NCBI GenBank assembly: GCA_963710755.1
Contig: CAVQBK010000004.1
Location: 177,779 to 241,778, forward strand
DNA length: 64,000 nt
Source: an uncultured bacterium
Lineage (GTDB): Bacteria > Oederibacteriota > JAAXVQ01 > JAUVAV01
Reading direction: 5' to 3'
Under the pieces are notes generated by a model that had not been told where the DNA came from, made no database searches, and saw only the letters and a list, made by a program, of their open reading frames with translations. Position numbers and translations under genes: made by a program. Below are positions 62,201 through 64,000 of this stretch, one piece after another (within the stretch, counting starts at the first letter, position 1; each line of letters begins with the position of its first letter).

Positions 62201-64000
62201 CCACCTGGGATCCTACGAGTAAGAAGCGGACCAGTACCAGCGGTGACATGGGTGACTTCACCTACACTTATACCGGCGATAAGCTGGAAGCCATCCAAGG
62301 CACCAACGATCAAGGTACATCCAAATACGATGCCCAGTTCAATCTGAAAGAATGGAAGGACAGTCTGGGCGTGGTCCATACCTACTCTCCAACCGCCAAA
62401 ACAGCGAAAGGATTTGTCACCCAAGCGGATGAAAGCTTTACCGATAAAAAAGGTGTGACCTGGACCGGCAGCATGAATTACGACACTTATGGTTTCTACT
62501 TCAAGGGCGGCAATCTGGAAGCCAAGCAGGCCACCTTAGACGGCAGCACCAGCAACACCTTTACCATGCCCAAAGACCAAGCCTATGACTTCATCAAAGA
62601 GTTGCTGGGGGAGAAAAACACGGAGAAGGAAACCTGGACCTGGAGTGCGCCCGGATCCACGGCCACGCAGCAAACCCTGGGTGAGAAAAAACAGGATGCC
62701 TTTACCACGGAAGATGTGAGCGACAAGGCTGATGTGAAGATCACCATCAATGCCGACGGCTCCACGGAAATTGAACTGAACAACATCAACTTCAAGGAGT
62801 CCGATTTCGTCAAGAAAGACCGCTACAAACCGACCAGCAGCAGCACGACTTATACGGTGACGCAAGATTCCAGCCCGGCCACCTATGACAAGAGGAATAT
62901 GGCCAATATCAATGATGTATACTATGGTGGTTCTGACTGCGGCTACACCACAGCCATTAAGAGTTCCAGACAAGTGCAGGTGGGCACCGGCAGTTATACT
63001 ACTACCGAATACGTTTATGATGAGGATGGCAATGCCGTTGTGGATGACGATGGCAATAGAGTAACTCAACAAGTGACCCATACCTATCCCATTTACAGCA
63101 CCGAATGGACCATTGAGAAAGTGACTTATTCCAAGTCCGGTGATGGCTGGGATTGGTCGGAGACGGGCACCAAGACGGACAAAAAATATGAAGAAACCCT
63201 GAATCCCACTGGCGTGGAAGTAGCCGATCAGGCGCCCATTGGGTCGCGCGACAGCTATCAAGGTAACAGCCGGGTTTACGCAGCCAGCAGCAACAAAGCT
63301 ATTGGTATTAGCTTGGGCAAAACCGTTGCCAAGGCCGTTAAGGCAGTTGTCAACAGTGGCGAAGATGTGGTGACTGCGGCCAGCGCCATGGTTCAGCCGG
63401 GCAAGGACAATCCCAGCCAGGCAACCGCTGGTAAGGCAGAGGCTAAAACAACGGCGACTAAGACGGTTGATGAGGACGACAAGGTTGCGGATAAGACTCA
63501 AGTCTCGGGCAAGGACAAGACCGACTTGGAGAAAGCCTTTGCCAAGATCAAGTCCGTCAAGGATATTGCGGCCTTTATCGATCAGGTATCCAAGTTGCTT
63601 GGTCGCAAAGCCATAAGTCAGGCCTTGGAAGGTGCCAGCAATACGGATATTCTCAAACGCTTGATTGGGCTCTTCAAGGAAATCTTTGGTCCCCAGTACC
63701 ATAATTCTCTGGTGGGCAAACTGGTGGCCGTGACCGTGGACAATCAGGCGGTACTCGACGAACTGAAAGTGGCCATGTCTGATCAGCAGGATACCCTTCC
63801 AAACGAAATCAAACTGGCGGCCAAGATGGCCCTGGAATTGCAGGAAGCTAAAGAGATCAAGAAGGATGAAAAAGGGCAAGTGGTGGAAGCCGTGGATAAA
63901 ACGGGGGCCAAGCACCACTACAATTACGAAGCTTCGGGATTAACAGAAAAAGTGGAGGGCGCCGGGGGGCAAGTCAGCGTGCTCCACTACAACAACCAGG
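53188..64000 (+). CDS. Giant YD/RHS-like repeat protein, continuation in the -1 frame; about 3,600 codons, open to the window end
   Basis: Frame EINRSVQDDNRGQTNNWFDKDGLMTKSV... continues the same repeat register; no stop seen; missing from the ORF track because it runs off the window. Confidence 0.85.
54661..58350 (+). repeat. 21 tandem 180-bp (60 aa) coding repeats; the last 13 are nearly identical
   Basis: Units start every 180 bp from 54661 to 58261; consensus AATTETKYDDQKYGVATASKTHNTYGIGAAQDSAMGWGGQGLLEVNTYTGLNTHTISVSN. Confidence 0.97.

Noticed and set aside
63181-63215. RHS core autoproteolysis motif (EETLNPTG)
   Set aside because: Lacks the PxxxxDPxG consensus (no first Pro, Asn in place of Asp) and the upstream RHS core signatures
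54478-63918. Long minus-strand ORFs (534, 788, 640, 337 and 460 aa)
   Set aside because: Antisense shadows of the giant + strand repeat gene; implausible composition and the same periodicity

Overview
Bacterial chromosomal window, about 52-55% GC by eye, probably from an anaerobic diderm (ThiH, membrane pyrophosphatase, MlaEFD). In order it holds: two sugar ABC permeases; a 13-copy 42-bp tandem array in which each unit contains a 28-bp dif/Xer-like site; a small membrane protein, yqeK and an ADP-ribosylglycohydrolase; a complete bioBAFGCD operon with a BirA-type operator; hppA and a GDPD; a three-gene, myxobacterial-style PUFA synthase cluster (pfaD, pfaA, fused pfaBC); a receiver protein, a B12 radical SAM enzyme and an ABC-2 exporter; an LCP protein, argS and a protein with a degenerate nuclease-like fold; thiSGHE; and rpsF-ssb-rpsR-DUF2232-rplI-dnaB-alr-mlaEFD-radA. 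After an AT-rich spacer comes a giant secreted YD/RHS-like repeat gene (over 4,200 codons, still open at the window end). It is interrupted by a frameshift at a G7 tract and carries 21 tandem 180-bp repeats with mosaic variable loops. The most unusual items are the dif-like array, the frameshifted giant gene and the structured spacer inside the pfa cluster. All calls are from motif reading by eye; no searches were run.
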